From: Candidatus Yanofskybacteria bacterium RIFCSPHIGHO2_01_FULL_44_17
Lineage (GTDB): Bacteria > Patescibacteriota > Minisyncoccia > 2-02-FULL-40-12 > IGHO2-01-FULL-4-A
Reading direction: 5' to 3'
Assembly (NCBI GenBank): GCA_001794195.1
Contig: MGJI01000006.1
Span: 2,650-66,649, forward strand
Length of the DNA stretch: 64,000 bases
The notes beneath the pieces were generated by a model that saw nothing but the letters and a program-made list of their open reading frames with translations, was not told the DNA's origin and did not search any database. This document shows positions 1 through 9,772 of this stretch, piece by piece (the first letter of the stretch is position 1; every line of letters starts with the position of its first letter). The translations under genes and the position numbers were made by a program.

Positions 1-564
1 CTTGTCGTTTATTTTTCCTTATTTGGTTACCAAGCCGTTAAACGCAATATTCTTTGGGGTAAGCCGATTGAATTTTTTCAGGATATTTTGAAATACGAAC
101 CGCAAAGTGCCCGGGTTAATAATAATCTTGGCAATTTGTACTTCAACCAGGGAGACAGGGCTAAGGCGCTGGAGTATTATAGGCAGTCGGCGGAAGTTGA
201 GGACATTTTCCCTCAGCCGCATTTCAATATAGGCGGCATACTGCAGACTCAAGGTGATATCTTTGGCGCCATCAAAGAATATGAGAAGGCGATAGAGATT
301 GACCCCAGTTTTCACTATTCTTATCAAAATTTGCTGGCTCTTTATGCCGGTCAAGGAAACCTAACCAAGGCGATAGAATACGCCGATATTTTGAAACAGT
401 TAAGGCCTAACGACCCGCGTGTTTACTATAACTCTGCCTTGATATATTTGGCCCTAAATGACCGCAAGGCCGTTATAGAAAATCTTAATCGCGGGCTAGA
501 GGTGGTGGGGAGAGATTCCGAGGCCGAGGAGCTCATCAAGCAGTTGCTAGAGAGGATGAAATAA
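1..564 (+). CDS. C-terminal part of a TPR-containing membrane protein, TMTC-like GT-C glycosyltransferase (5' truncated by window)
   Basis: Frame 1 is open from base 1 (LVVYFSLFGYQAVKRNILWGKPIEFFQDILKYEP): last TM helix, then the RN..W motif and TPRs (NNLGNLY, HFNIGGIL, YYNSALIY), as in TMTC-like proteins. Confidence 0.65.
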   Translation, partial: LVVYFSLFGYQAVKRNILWGKPIEFFQDILKYEPQSARVNNNLGNLYFNQGDRAKALEYYRQSAEVEDIFPQPHFNIGGILQTQGDIFGAIKEYEKAIEIDPSFHYSYQNLLALYAGQGNLTKAIEYADILKQLRPNDPRVYYNSALIYLALNDRKAVIENLNRGLEVVGRDSEAEELIKQLLERMK

Positions 565-593
565 GGCATAATTCATTGAGGCAATCTCCTAAG

Positions 594-827
594 ATAGCTC
601 GGTGGATAATGCCTTCTGTCACCACTTGCAACCCCAGCGAGAATTCTACCACAGAATTTTTTTAACGCTTCGCATGGAATCTACGCTAAAATTCTGGGTT
701 GAGCCAAGCAGTTGGTTCAACCGCCGTCAAAAGTGTGGATTCAGCTCGCAATTAGGAAATTATACTGCTCGATGACCATGCAATCCACTCTTTTGACGGT
801 GCTATAAGGCATTAATCACCGAGCTAT
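594..827. repeat. Structured intergenic palindromic element, copy 1 of 3
   Basis: Imperfect terminal inverted repeat atagctcggtggataatgcctt / aaggcattaatcaccgagctat; internal motifs shared with 35681-35843 and 41699-41861; extra nested hairpins. Confidence 0.9.
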
Positions 828-832
828 GTAAA

Positions 833-1384
833 ATGAATAAACAAATAACAATTTGGGTGCTGGCTCTAGCGGCAGGGATCGGCCTAATTTGGTTTTTTAA
901 TATTTCAAGAGAGGGATCGCGTGAACCAGAGGTCAGCATCAGTGCTTCAGCTACGCCTGTTATTTCAGCTACCCCCGAACCCAGCCCAGCCGCATCCAGG
1001 AAGCCCATTGTTAGCCAGCAGCCGGAAGTTATCAATAAGTACCCTCCGGCAGAATGCACTTTGACCGGCAGCATTACATTTTTATCGCCTACGTTATACG
1101 AAAACAAAGACGCCAACATTATTTATAAAAATATTGATAGTGTCGCCCGGCACATCATTTGGGCCGTGTCCCCTGGAGAAAATCTATCCGTGGGGCCCAA
1201 TCTTTTCGCCAGTTTACCTCTGCCTGACGGCACAGAGGATGTAACCGTAACTTTGCCGGAGAATTATACATCCAAGAACTATACTCTGACCGCTAAGGTT
1301 ACCTATGGGGTAATTATTAATAGGGACTTAGTAATTAAGGAATCTTCTTGCGTCGGTCAGATTCCCGTTACTGTTAAATTCTAA
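833..1384 (+). CDS. Membrane-anchored/secreted hypothetical protein with Ser/Pro/Thr-rich linker
   Basis: N-terminal hydrophobic helix, SASATPVISATPEPSP linker, beta-rich C-terminal domain. Confidence 0.75.
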   Translation: MNKQITIWVLALAAGIGLIWFFNISREGSREPEVSISASATPVISATPEPSPAASRKPIVSQQPEVINKYPPAECTLTGSITFLSPTLYENKDANIIYKNIDSVARHIIWAVSPGENLSVGPNLFASLPLPDGTEDVTVTLPENYTSKNYTLTAKVTYGVIINRDLVIKESSCVGQIPVTVKF

Positions 1385-1385
1385 T

Positions 1386-2687
1386 ATGCAATTAAGGCTC
1401 AAAAAAAATTATATTGTTTTGATTTTGGTGGTTTTGGGTGCGGCTGGCTATCTTTGGATAACCAATTTTCAGTTAGTCAAAAAGATTGTCGGCTATAATG
1501 TACCTCAGACTACCCAGTTGCCGGTCGGACCGGGAGTAGATTTTCTTAAAGCGCCCGAAGGATTCAGGGTATCGGTTTTTGCCGAAGGACTGGCTGGCCC
1601 GCGAGTGATCGCCTTTGATCCAAGGGGGCGGGTGCTTGCAAGTGTTCCTAAGGAAGGCAAGGTTTTAGTTTTAGAAGACCAGGACAATGACGGCTTCGCC
1701 GAGATCAAGCGCGTTGTATTACAGGGACTGCGTCTGCCGCATGGTTTGGACTTCTATACCGACCCCAAGAGCAAAATTGCTTATTTATACGTAGCCGAAA
1801 CGCATCAAGTTAGCCGTTTCGTTTATAATGTGGTTGATGGTTCGGTGCCGAGTGCCATTAGTAAAAATATTGCCAACCTGCCGGCTGACGGGAGGCATTT
1901 TTCGCGGACGATTGCTTTTGGTCCGAATTTTAGAAAAGCCCAGATTATAGCCGGAAAGAGCGAAGTTGATACTCAGGTTCCGGTTAAGTTATATATAAGC
2001 GTTGGTTCGTCTTGCGATGTCTGCGTAGAAACGGAAACCTGGAAACGGGCGGCGATATTAGAGTCTGATCCCGAGGGCAGTTTCACGGCGGAATTTGCCG
2101 GCGGATTGCGCAACAGCGTTTTTTTCACATTCCATCCCGAGACCAAAGAAATCTGGGCCACTGAAATGGGTCGGGATAATCTGGGCGATGAGTTGCCGCC
2201 GGATGAGGTGAATATCGTCAAGGTTGCCGATGAGGGCAATAAATTCGGCGCGCGCCGCTATGGTTGGCCGTTCTGTTACGGCAACCGTGTCAAAGACACG
2301 ACATTTAAATTTGATAAGATTACACGAACCGACTTGTCATCCAATTGTGTCGATACCGAGCCCGCGACCATTGAGCTGCCAGCCCACTCCGCACCCCTGG
2401 GCCTAGCCTTTATTACAAGCGATAAATGGCCCAAGGAGTGGCACAATGACCTCTTGGTGGCCTATCATGGCTCTTGGAACCGTAGCGAGCCTACAGGCTA
2501 CAAAATCGTTAGATTAGACGTAGATAAAAACGGAAAGAGTTTCGGTACTTCGGATTTTATATCTGGCTGGCTTACATCCGATGGCAAGACTCTAGGACGA
2601 CCCGTTGACCTAAAATTCGGCCCCGACGACGCCCTCTACATCTCCGACGACTCCTCTGGCACAATCTACCGAGTCGTGCCCCGGTAA
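1386..2687 (+). CDS. PQQ-dependent sugar (glucose/L-sorbosone) dehydrogenase family beta-propeller
   Basis: GLRN, EMGRDNLGDELPPDEVN, YGWPFCYG, AHSAPLGLAF, HGSWNR, GRPVD motifs. Confidence 0.9.
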   Translation: MQLRLKKNYIVLILVVLGAAGYLWITNFQLVKKIVGYNVPQTTQLPVGPGVDFLKAPEGFRVSVFAEGLAGPRVIAFDPRGRVLASVPKEGKVLVLEDQDNDGFAEIKRVVLQGLRLPHGLDFYTDPKSKIAYLYVAETHQVSRFVYNVVDGSVPSAISKNIANLPADGRHFSRTIAFGPNFRKAQIIAGKSEVDTQVPVKLYISVGSSCDVCVETETWKRAAILESDPEGSFTAEFAGGLRNSVFFTFHPETKEIWATEMGRDNLGDELPPDEVNIVKVADEGNKFGARRYGWPFCYGNRVKDTTFKFDKITRTDLSSNCVDTEPATIELPAHSAPLGLAFITSDKWPKEWHNDLLVAYHGSWNRSEPTGYKIVRLDVDKNGKSFGTSDFISGWLTSDGKTLGRPVDLKFGPDDALYISDDSSGTIYRVVPR

Positions 2688-2775
2688 ATTGATTTTAGCT
2701 TGACCTTACATCCGCCGTTCTGCTACGGTGGAGGCACTCAAGATTTAACGTGGCGGGAGGGCCACCTAGATAGGC

Positions 2776-5559
2776 ATGCGATTATTGCAAAAGGTTTTGT
2801 TTATTACCGCGCTATTCGGCGGTGTTTTGTTATTTGGTCGTGGCGTTTATGCTGATACGCCTGTGGGCGGGTTATATTCAGCGAATCAGCACTGGACGTT
2901 GGCAGGCAGCCCATACATAGTTGAAGGTTTTGGCGAGGGAGTTGTCATACAATCCGGCGCAACCCTGACTATTGATCCGGGCGTAATCATAAAACTAAAA
3001 TCTGGTACCCAGCTTTGGGTTGATGGTACGGTTATCGCTCGCGGCACCGCAGAACGGCCAATTATTTTTACGTCCTTCTATGACGACTCCGTTGGTGGAG
3101 ATACGGATGGCCTAGGTCTGACTGCCGGTTCGCCCGGTGATTGGTGGAGAATTGGCGGTGGCCTTCCAAGCGGTAATCCGCGATTAGAATTTGACTACAC
3201 TCAGGTTCGCTTCTCCGCTCATGGTTTTGATTTGGTCTTAACAAGTTTGCCGATTACTGTAACGAACAGCGTTATTGAAAATGGCGGCTATGGTTTCCGA
3301 CTGAATCAAACCGGTAGTGATTTAATAATTGAGAATAATGTTATCCGCAACAACGGTTATGGTTTTTTCCTTAATCAAATTAACGACTCCTCTAATTTTA
3401 TAAAAAACAACATCGTTTCCGGCAACTCATTCCGCGGCGCCTACAACCAGACTCCCGGTGTCCCAGTCGATATGCGCAATAATTCATGGGGCGACCCCTC
3501 CGGCCCGCTTCATCCGACCCTGAATCCGGACGGTTTGGGCAATCAAGTTTCCGACGGCATCATCTTTGACCCATGGCTTGAGAAGGTGACAGCTCCGCCA
3601 ACAAAAACCCCGGTTATCATCGTGCCGGGGATTGCAGGAAGCGAACTCAAAGATGGCGGCGACTTAATATGGGCTGATCTAGATCAGATGTTCTTTGATA
3701 TTGGTGATCAGTTTATTACCGAAAAGTTGGGATTAGACGAAAGCGGACAGCCAGTGAACACAGAAACCCAGGTTGGGGAGGTGATCGAAAAGATTTTAGG
3801 CGGCGTGCCCATTCTCAATATTAATATTTTCGAAGCATTAACACTGCGTCTTTTCGGCACTGGTTACGTATTAAACCAAGACATATTCTTTTTCCCTTAT
3901 GATTGGCGTCTAGATATTAATGACACGGCCTCTGGCCTTGCCGATAAAATTGAGCAGGTAAAATCTCAAACCGGTGCGGAAAAAGTAGATATCATTGCTC
4001 ATAGCATGGGCGGACTCTTAACCAAGGAGTATATAAGGCAAAACGGCAAAAGCAGTATTGATAAGCTAATTTTTATCGGAACGCCACACATCGGTGCTCC
4101 TAAGGCCGGGAAAATCGTTCTTGCCGGTGACAGGATGGGCATACCCTGGTTAACGGCGGCAAGGATTAAGGAGATTGGCGAACACTCCGTTGCCGTCCAT
4201 GAACTTTTGCCCAACTCGTCGTATTTTATCGTGGCCGGGCCGTATATTAAAAATTCCGATGGCGATTTACTGGATTACGGGCAAACAAAACAACTGCTGA
4301 TTGAGCAAGGTTCAGCAACCGATGTTTTTAATGCCGCTGAAAACTTTTTTACCCATGGACTTGAAAATACTGATTTTACAGGTATTGACGCTTACAATAT
4401 TGCCGGCTGCAAAAACGAAACTCACGCCGGCTATCAAACCCGCGCAGATGGAACGATTGAGTTTATCAAATACCGCGCCGGCGATAAAACCGTGCCTTTG
4501 ATAAGCGCAAATGAGATTTCAATTCCCATTGAAAATAAATTTTATGTTACCAAGGGAACGCATGCCGAGCTTCCGAGCCGGCCGGGAATCCGTAATTTAA
4601 TCGCGGATATTTTAACGAATCAGCCGTTGACCAACTATGAGAATGTGTCTGCGGATAGCTCCGTTTGTGGCATAGAAGGACAGGAACTTATTTGGCGAAG
4701 TCCGGTTGATGTCCACATTTATGATTCGCAAGGTAGGCATACCGGGCCGATAGGCAATGATGCTATTGAGTATGGTATTCCTGAAATTGATTACGAAATT
4801 TTCGGACACGAAAAATTCATATTTGTTCCTTCCGATGCCGAAATATATCAAATTATTGCGCATGGTCTGGATGCTGGCACATTCGATCTTTCCATTCGCC
4901 AAAATGATAACGGAACTGTGACAGGGGCATCAGTTTTTAATGACATTCCGGTTACTGCCTCTTCTGAAGTTAAGCTGGTTTTAAGCGGTGGCAGCATAAT
5001 CAGCAATATCGAAGTTGACGAAGATGGAGACGGAACCTTTATTCCTGTTCCAGCCACATCATTTTTGAGCAGTCTTGAAGCAGAAGACACCACCCCGCCG
5101 GATATTGTTATTGTTTCTCCGACTTCCAAGTCATATGAGCGTTCGGAGGTTTTGCCGATAGATGTTTTGGTCAGCGATGATAATTCTGGTTTGCTTACAA
5201 CGGAGTTCATGCTAGATAACAACGTGGTTTTATATCCAAGGATTGATTTGTTTTTCTACTTTTTGGGTTCTCATTCCTTGGATGTTTCGGCGATTGATAG
5301 GGCCGGTAATACTGCAACCGCAAGTTTCAATTTTCAAATTATTGCGACCATTGATAGCACCATATCCGACATTAATCGGGCGTATGAGCTTGGTTGGATA
5401 AAAAAGAAGAGTGTTAGAAACGGCCTTATCCAAAAAATATCCGAGTTGTCGATATCCGCATTTATCAAACAGCTGGAAAGAGAGTATGCTAAGGGTAGTA
5501 TTAATGAACGGGCCTACAACTTGCTCAAAGAAGATGCGAGTTGGCTGTTAAATAAGTAA
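2776..5559 (+). CDS. Large secreted protein: right-handed beta-helix + alpha/beta-hydrolase (LCAT/PGAP1-like lipase) + Ig-like domains
   Basis: Signal peptide; LTIDPGVIIKL and PIIFTSFYDD beta-helix motifs; PVIIVPGIAGS, FPYDWR, AHSMGG nucleophile elbow, GTPHIG, GDKTVP. Confidence 0.8.
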   Translation: MRLLQKVLFITALFGGVLLFGRGVYADTPVGGLYSANQHWTLAGSPYIVEGFGEGVVIQSGATLTIDPGVIIKLKSGTQLWVDGTVIARGTAERPIIFTSFYDDSVGGDTDGLGLTAGSPGDWWRIGGGLPSGNPRLEFDYTQVRFSAHGFDLVLTSLPITVTNSVIENGGYGFRLNQTGSDLIIENNVIRNNGYGFFLNQINDSSNFIKNNIVSGNSFRGAYNQTPGVPVDMRNNSWGDPSGPLHPTLNPDGLGNQVSDGIIFDPWLEKVTAPPTKTPVIIVPGIAGSELKDGGDLIWADLDQMFFDIGDQFITEKLGLDESGQPVNTETQVGEVIEKILGGVPILNINIFEALTLRLFGTGYVLNQDIFFFPYDWRLDINDTASGLADKIEQVKSQTGAEKVDIIAHSMGGLLTKEYIRQNGKSSIDKLIFIGTPHIGAPKAGKIVLAGDRMGIPWLTAARIKEIGEHSVAVHELLPNSSYFIVAGPYIKNSDGDLLDYGQTKQLLIEQGSATDVFNAAENFFTHGLENTDFTGIDAYNIAGCKNETHAGYQTRADGTIEFIKYRAGDKTVPLISANEISIPIENKFYVTKGTHAELPSRPGIRNLIADILTNQPLTNYENVSADSSVCGIEGQELIWRSPVDVHIYDSQGRHTGPIGNDAIEYGIPEIDYEIFGHEKFIFVPSDAEIYQIIAHGLDAGTFDLSIRQNDNGTVTGASVFNDIPVTASSEVKLVLSGGSIISNIEVDEDGDGTFIPVPATSFLSSLEAEDTTPPDIVIVSPTSKSYERSEVLPIDVLVSDDNSGLLTTEFMLDNNVVLYPRIDLFFYFLGSHSLDVSAIDRAGNTATASFNFQIIATIDSTISDINRAYELGWIKKKSVRNGLIQKISELSISAFIKQLEREYAKGSINERAYNLLKEDASWLLNK

Positions 5560-5838
5560 ATGGTCAAGAAATATTTATTTGTAATTTTTGGTCCAATTGT
5601 TTTAGCCATATTAAATGGTTATGTTTCAAGTTATTATTTTTTTAGTTGGGGTTACGACAATAGAAATCAAATAAGCACCGTCCTGTTCGGCCTATCTTTA
5701 ATTGGTTCGGTGTTTGTTGTTATTAATAATGCTAAGGGTTCTAAAGAAAAAATCTGGTTCGCAGCCGCTGGCTTTATGTTGGCTATCAACCTTTTTATTA
5801 TCTACGCCATTCGTGCCCTCTCCAATTTCGGTTTCTAG
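5560..5838 (+). CDS. Small membrane protein (about 3 TM)
   Basis: Abuts the upstream stop; hydrophobic; ends LSNFGF*. Confidence 0.65.
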   Translation: MVKKYLFVIFGPIVLAILNGYVSSYYFFSWGYDNRNQISTVLFGLSLIGSVFVVINNAKGSKEKIWFAAAGFMLAINLFIIYAIRALSNFGF

Positions 5839-5874
5839 CCGAACCTAAAACACCAAGGAAGCTTTCAAAAATAA

Positions 5875-6291
5875 ATGGATTTTTTCGATGCCCAACAAGT
5901 TTTATTGATTTACCGTTTACTTTTTATTGTGGGCGGCCTGTTTGTTTCTCGCATTATTCAGGTTGTTTTTAAGAGAATAAATAGGAGAACAGACGTTCAG
6001 GATCGTAAAATTTTAAGAAAAATTGTATTCACGTATTTGTTTATATTTCCGCTTCTTTGGATCGTTTTTGCTGAGTTTTTCTTGGGCATTGAGGACATTT
6101 TGATTAGAGACGGTTACAAATTTTATATACCATTTATTTTCGTATCAATGTTTTGGAGTATAATAACTTGGCTCTGGGTACCGCCACAAAGAAGGAGGAA
6201 AAAGCTCATTTATTTTCTAACATTTCTGGCGTACCTTGTGACTATCGGGGTGTTATTCAGTGCGTATAGTCTTTCTCATTTCGGTTTCTAG
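5875..6291 (+). CDS. Small membrane protein (about 4 TM)
   Basis: Hydrophobic; ends LSHFGF* with 17 bp identical to the end of the previous gene. Confidence 0.65.
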   Translation: MDFFDAQQVLLIYRLLFIVGGLFVSRIIQVVFKRINRRTDVQDRKILRKIVFTYLFIFPLLWIVFAEFFLGIEDILIRDGYKFYIPFIFVSMFWSIITWLWVPPQRRRKKLIYFLTFLAYLVTIGVLFSAYSLSHFGF

Positions 6292-6453
6292 CCGGCGGAT
6301 TCTATTTTTTTCAAAAATCCTAGACCTAGACAGGGGTGGCTAGTTAATTTGAGCATGACGCGAATGCCCAATGGCACCTAAATTATTGGCCAACTGAGGG
6401 CAGCCCTCGGCAGGGATACAATTTCTTTAGAATTGATCTGAACAAATTAGTAA

Positions 6454-6717
6454 ATGAAATATAATAATTTCCATAAAAAATTGGTTAGATATTCCAAGGA
6501 CATCCTGGCTATCGTTTTAATTTTATGGGGAGTGGTCGCCTTTTTAACGCCGTTTACGCCGGGTTCTTGGCTTGTCTTTGTGGGGCTGTTCATTATTTTT
6601 GGCAGAAAGAAAACTCAAGACAGGTTGGCCCGAATAATTGGCAAGAAGTGGTTTGATAAACTTAAGGTTAAAAAGATATTCGAAGAGATACCCACAAAAC
6701 TAGACGGCAAAGCATGA
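6454..6717 (+). CDS. Small membrane protein
   Basis: Hydrophobic hairpin with LTPFTPGSW; ATGA overlap with the next gene. Confidence 0.6.
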   Translation: MKYNNFHKKLVRYSKDILAIVLILWGVVAFLTPFTPGSWLVFVGLFIIFGRKKTQDRLARIIGKKWFDKLKVKKIFEEIPTKLDGKA

Positions 6718-7508
6718 CAGAAACAATACTCGAAAAACTAGCTAGATTTGCCCAGCGTATCTGGCTTCCGAGATTCAAGAGAATCGAGGATGCGATTGGA
6801 TATAAGTTGATATTTCGGAATATTCCGAGTGATTATATAAACGGTTGGATGGCCTGTGAAATGACCAAGACCTGGAAGAAGTTTGGGCTTGACGTAGAAA
6901 GGGGCGCGAACTATTTCACCATGGGCAGTATTCACGATGGCGAATCCTCCCGATTCGACCCCGACTCAGTGAAATATCAATCTTGGCTAGGAGGATATAC
7001 CGTAAAGCTGGAGCACGAGGTGAATTGGACACCGGAAGATCATTTTAAACTTGCAGTCGCTGATCAAAACAACTGGCCGAGACACTATGGCGACCCAAGG
7101 CCTGTGACAGATATTGAAGGTTGGAATTTTGTTCCGGTAGGCGAGATCCAAATCGATCAACATTCGGGGCAGCTTTACGAATTTGGCTGTACCACGGATG
7201 ACGATGTTGGAAGTGGCTACAATACAATTAAACTCCGATTTACTTCTGCTTGGATAGCTGCTTCGTTTAATCTTTTAAATCCGGATTTAAAACTAAGAGG
7301 CGACGAATTCAAGCCACGGAAGTCTGACAAGGTGTACGGAAGAGTAAGGCTCTTGGGGTATTTTGCTATTTTTGATATCGCAGAGAGGGTGAAGGTCGTG
7401 CTTTATGGAAACGGATTTATTGACGAAAGAAAACACGTCAATACGTTTACGGTGTTAAAAGATAATCTGCTTAATGCCATAAAATTCTGCGAGATAGTCG
7501 CAGTATGA
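6714..7508 (+). CDS. Hypothetical protein
   Basis: 264-aa ORF, translationally coupled; no family recognised. Confidence 0.65.
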   Translation: MTETILEKLARFAQRIWLPRFKRIEDAIGYKLIFRNIPSDYINGWMACEMTKTWKKFGLDVERGANYFTMGSIHDGESSRFDPDSVKYQSWLGGYTVKLEHEVNWTPEDHFKLAVADQNNWPRHYGDPRPVTDIEGWNFVPVGEIQIDQHSGQLYEFGCTTDDDVGSGYNTIKLRFTSAWIAASFNLLNPDLKLRGDEFKPRKSDKVYGRVRLLGYFAIFDIAERVKVVLYGNGFIDERKHVNTFTVLKDNLLNAIKFCEIVAV

Positions 7509-7560
7509 ATTTGGCTAAAATTACTCCAACATTCTCAAGAATGTTAGAATGTCGAGAATG

Positions 7561-9120
7561 TTATTTCGTTGTCAGTTGGAATTTTTTAATTAGTTCGAAA
7601 TTTTCGGGGGTTCTTTTTATGAAGATTGCCGTGGAGGCGTCGAGGTAGATTAGCGGCCAGTCAGGGTTTTGGGAAATATGGGACAAGAAGGTTCTGGCCC
7701 AGGGGGTCATATCTGTGTGGCCGAAAAAGATGTAGTTGATGCCATACTTCTCGGATAGCTGCTTCCATACTGCCGGGTTCTCCTGCATAGGTTTGTAGAT
7801 TTTTTCAAAAAATTCGATGCTATACGCCTCCGGCCGGCCGTCTACGAACACCTTGAAATCGGGACTTGTCCCGTTAGAAGTAGGGTCTCTTAGAGACCCG
7901 CTAGTTCTAACGGGATACAATTTCCATATTAGGAAACTGCCGATGTCAAAATTATTAAATACCGGCCCGTGAATTTTGTTTTCTTTGACAAAATTTAAAG
8001 CTGAACCTGCGCCTACTGGAATTGCCAGGCCGAATCTGTTTGGCCTGCCTGCCCAGCGCTGGAAACCGTTATTGACCGCACTCTTGATTAGGAGTAATTC
8101 TGCCAAGATTAAAATTGAGAGCAGACAGGCCTGAACGCCTCGTCTGGAAAGGATTCGTTTGGGTTGACAAGAGGCGAAGTTGAGAGTGACTATTGGTAGA
8201 AAAACCAGAGCATAGGGGCCGAAATTCCTGATCATTTTGCCGGCGAGGATTGTGAAAACGCTGGCCGCCAGAAACTCAAACACGATCTTTTTGTGGTTTT
8301 TGAAGGCAATAACAAAACTAATGATAAGCACAATCAGCGACAACTCAAATAGATAGATGTCACGCAGCTGGACGCCGTAATCAGTCAGGAAAAATATGTT
8401 CTGGTTTTCAACGATGCTGTAGCCGTAATCGCGTAAGATATTAATCGGTGCCAGCGCTCCCTTGATGAAATTGGGATTGATTAGGGTAGCGACGCAGGTG
8501 GCGATGAATATTTTTAGAACTAATCGGGCTTGTTCTTTTTGGTAGGCAAGGCGGTCAATCAGGAAAAATAAAAGAAGAGCCGGTCCCAGTGCGAAATAAA
8601 TATGCATATTGGTCCAAAATATCTGTAAGATCGGCAGGGCATAGAGCCATTTGTGCTCGTTGGAGTATTTAGCGCGCAAAATAGCAAATAAAAAGTAAGA
8701 CAAGAATAAATAACTGAATATCTCCGGCCTGACGTCGGTCCGACTTGAAAAAATAAACAGTGCCGGAATACCGGCCAGCAAAAATGGCCAACCGCCGGCA
8801 GTTTTCGGCAAGGATTTAAAAATCAAAAAGAAGGCCGCGACTATGACTCCGGCCTTGAAAACTATTAGGCCCTTAAGACCGATTAGGCCATTTAGCAAAT
8901 AAAAAACCACCTCGCTCAGCCAGTGGTGGTTTATGAAGGGATGGGCCGGTTCGGTAAAAGAAAAAAGATTGGTCTTATAGACGTTTTTTGTTTCCCAAAT
9001 AATCTGGCCCGATTTCAAATGCCGTCCGATGTCTTGGTTTATCGAGTTTAGGCTATGGACCGATAAAGCGGCGACCAGGACAAAAAATAGAATTATGGCA
9101 ATCCAGCGAAGAATCCTCAT
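7561..9120 (-). CDS. Multi-pass membrane protein, GT-C-fold glycosyltransferase-like
   Basis: DIGRHLKSGQII, NHHWLSEV, RPE, WTNMH, KVFVDGRPEAY motifs. Start moved to ATG at 9120 (TACAAT 7 nt upstream; the 9159 start lies inside a palindrome). Confidence 0.75.
   Translation of the reverse strand: MRILRWIAIILFFVLVAALSVHSLNSINQDIGRHLKSGQIIWETKNVYKTNLFSFTEPAHPFINHHWLSEVVFYLLNGLIGLKGLIVFKAGVIVAAFFLIFKSLPKTAGGWPFLLAGIPALFIFSSRTDVRPEIFSYLFLSYFLFAILRAKYSNEHKWLYALPILQIFWTNMHIYFALGPALLLFFLIDRLAYQKEQARLVLKIFIATCVATLINPNFIKGALAPINILRDYGYSIVENQNIFFLTDYGVQLRDIYLFELSLIVLIISFVIAFKNHKKIVFEFLAASVFTILAGKMIRNFGPYALVFLPIVTLNFASCQPKRILSRRGVQACLLSILILAELLLIKSAVNNGFQRWAGRPNRFGLAIPVGAGSALNFVKENKIHGPVFNNFDIGSFLIWKLYPVRTSGSLRDPTSNGTSPDFKVFVDGRPEAYSIEFFEKIYKPMQENPAVWKQLSEKYGINYIFFGHTDMTPWARTFLSHISQNPDWPLIYLDASTAIFIKRTPENFELIKKFQLTTK
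7865..7919. repeat. In-frame palindromic insertion (47-nt palindrome + 4-nt border)
   Basis: cttg-tcccgttagaa...ggtctc-tta-gagacc...ttctaacggga-taca; adds 17 codons around PVRTSGSLRDPTSNGTS. Confidence 0.8.
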
Positions 9121-9147
9121 GTTTGATATTGTATCAGAAATCAGCCC

Positions 9148-9430
9148 ACCCCTCATCATTTCTCGAGAACACTGCTTGTCTCCTAATTTTTCTTACAACA
9201 TCATGTCTTCCTACAAATTATGCAAAACTCGCTAAATTGTCGGACACAGACCAGTTCTCCGTTTGCCGCTTGAAAACTTCAGCTAAAGCTTCGTTTTCTG
9301 CGCGTTTTCCGACTAGTCTTAGTGTTACCCGACAATTCTTAACGCTCGCTTTGCTAATTTATCAGTCGACAGATGAATGACGAAAAATTAGAAGACTCGC
9401 TTTGTCTAAACTCTCGAAATGACGAGGAGT
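9148..9430. repeat. Long imperfect rod-like palindromic element (about 280 nt)
   Basis: Nested complementary pairs: acccctcatcatttc/gaaatgacgaggagt, gtctcctaatttttc/gaaaaattagaagac, aaattatgcaaa/tttgctaattt, aattgtcgg/ccgacaatt, gaaaac/gttttc. Confidence 0.75.
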
Positions 9431-9529
9431 TTGTCTTCTCAATATCTTAGAGCTTATCTTGACCCTAGCTTTCTAATTTTTGAGGAATGCGACGGTCTAA
9501 AACCCTTATTTTACAATGACTTTTGAGGG

Positions 9530-9558
9530 TTGACTTTGCTATGATAATTTGATATAAT
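9530..9558 (+). promoter_or_regulatory. sigma70 promoter for the gene at 9773
   Basis: TTGACT-17 nt-TATAAT. Confidence 0.7.
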
Positions 9559-9772
9559 TAAGAGTGTAAATTAGCTCTTTTATTTAAGATACTTGCGATT
9601 GATGAATGAAGATGAAGAAATACTGAGGGTACCAAGCCGAATGTAAGTCAGTCATAGCCAAAAGCCCTTGATTTGCCAAATGGCAGAGGAGATCTTCTGG
9701 CTATGACTGCGACTACGAAGCGGTCTAGCAGAAGCAGCGTGCCCATCAAGGGCGAGCTGCAAAGAGGATATC

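Noticed and set aside
9123-9380. 85-aa ORF across the long palindrome
   Set aside because: Non-ATG start, overlaps a divergent promoter, no protein-like features; the hairpin explains the region.
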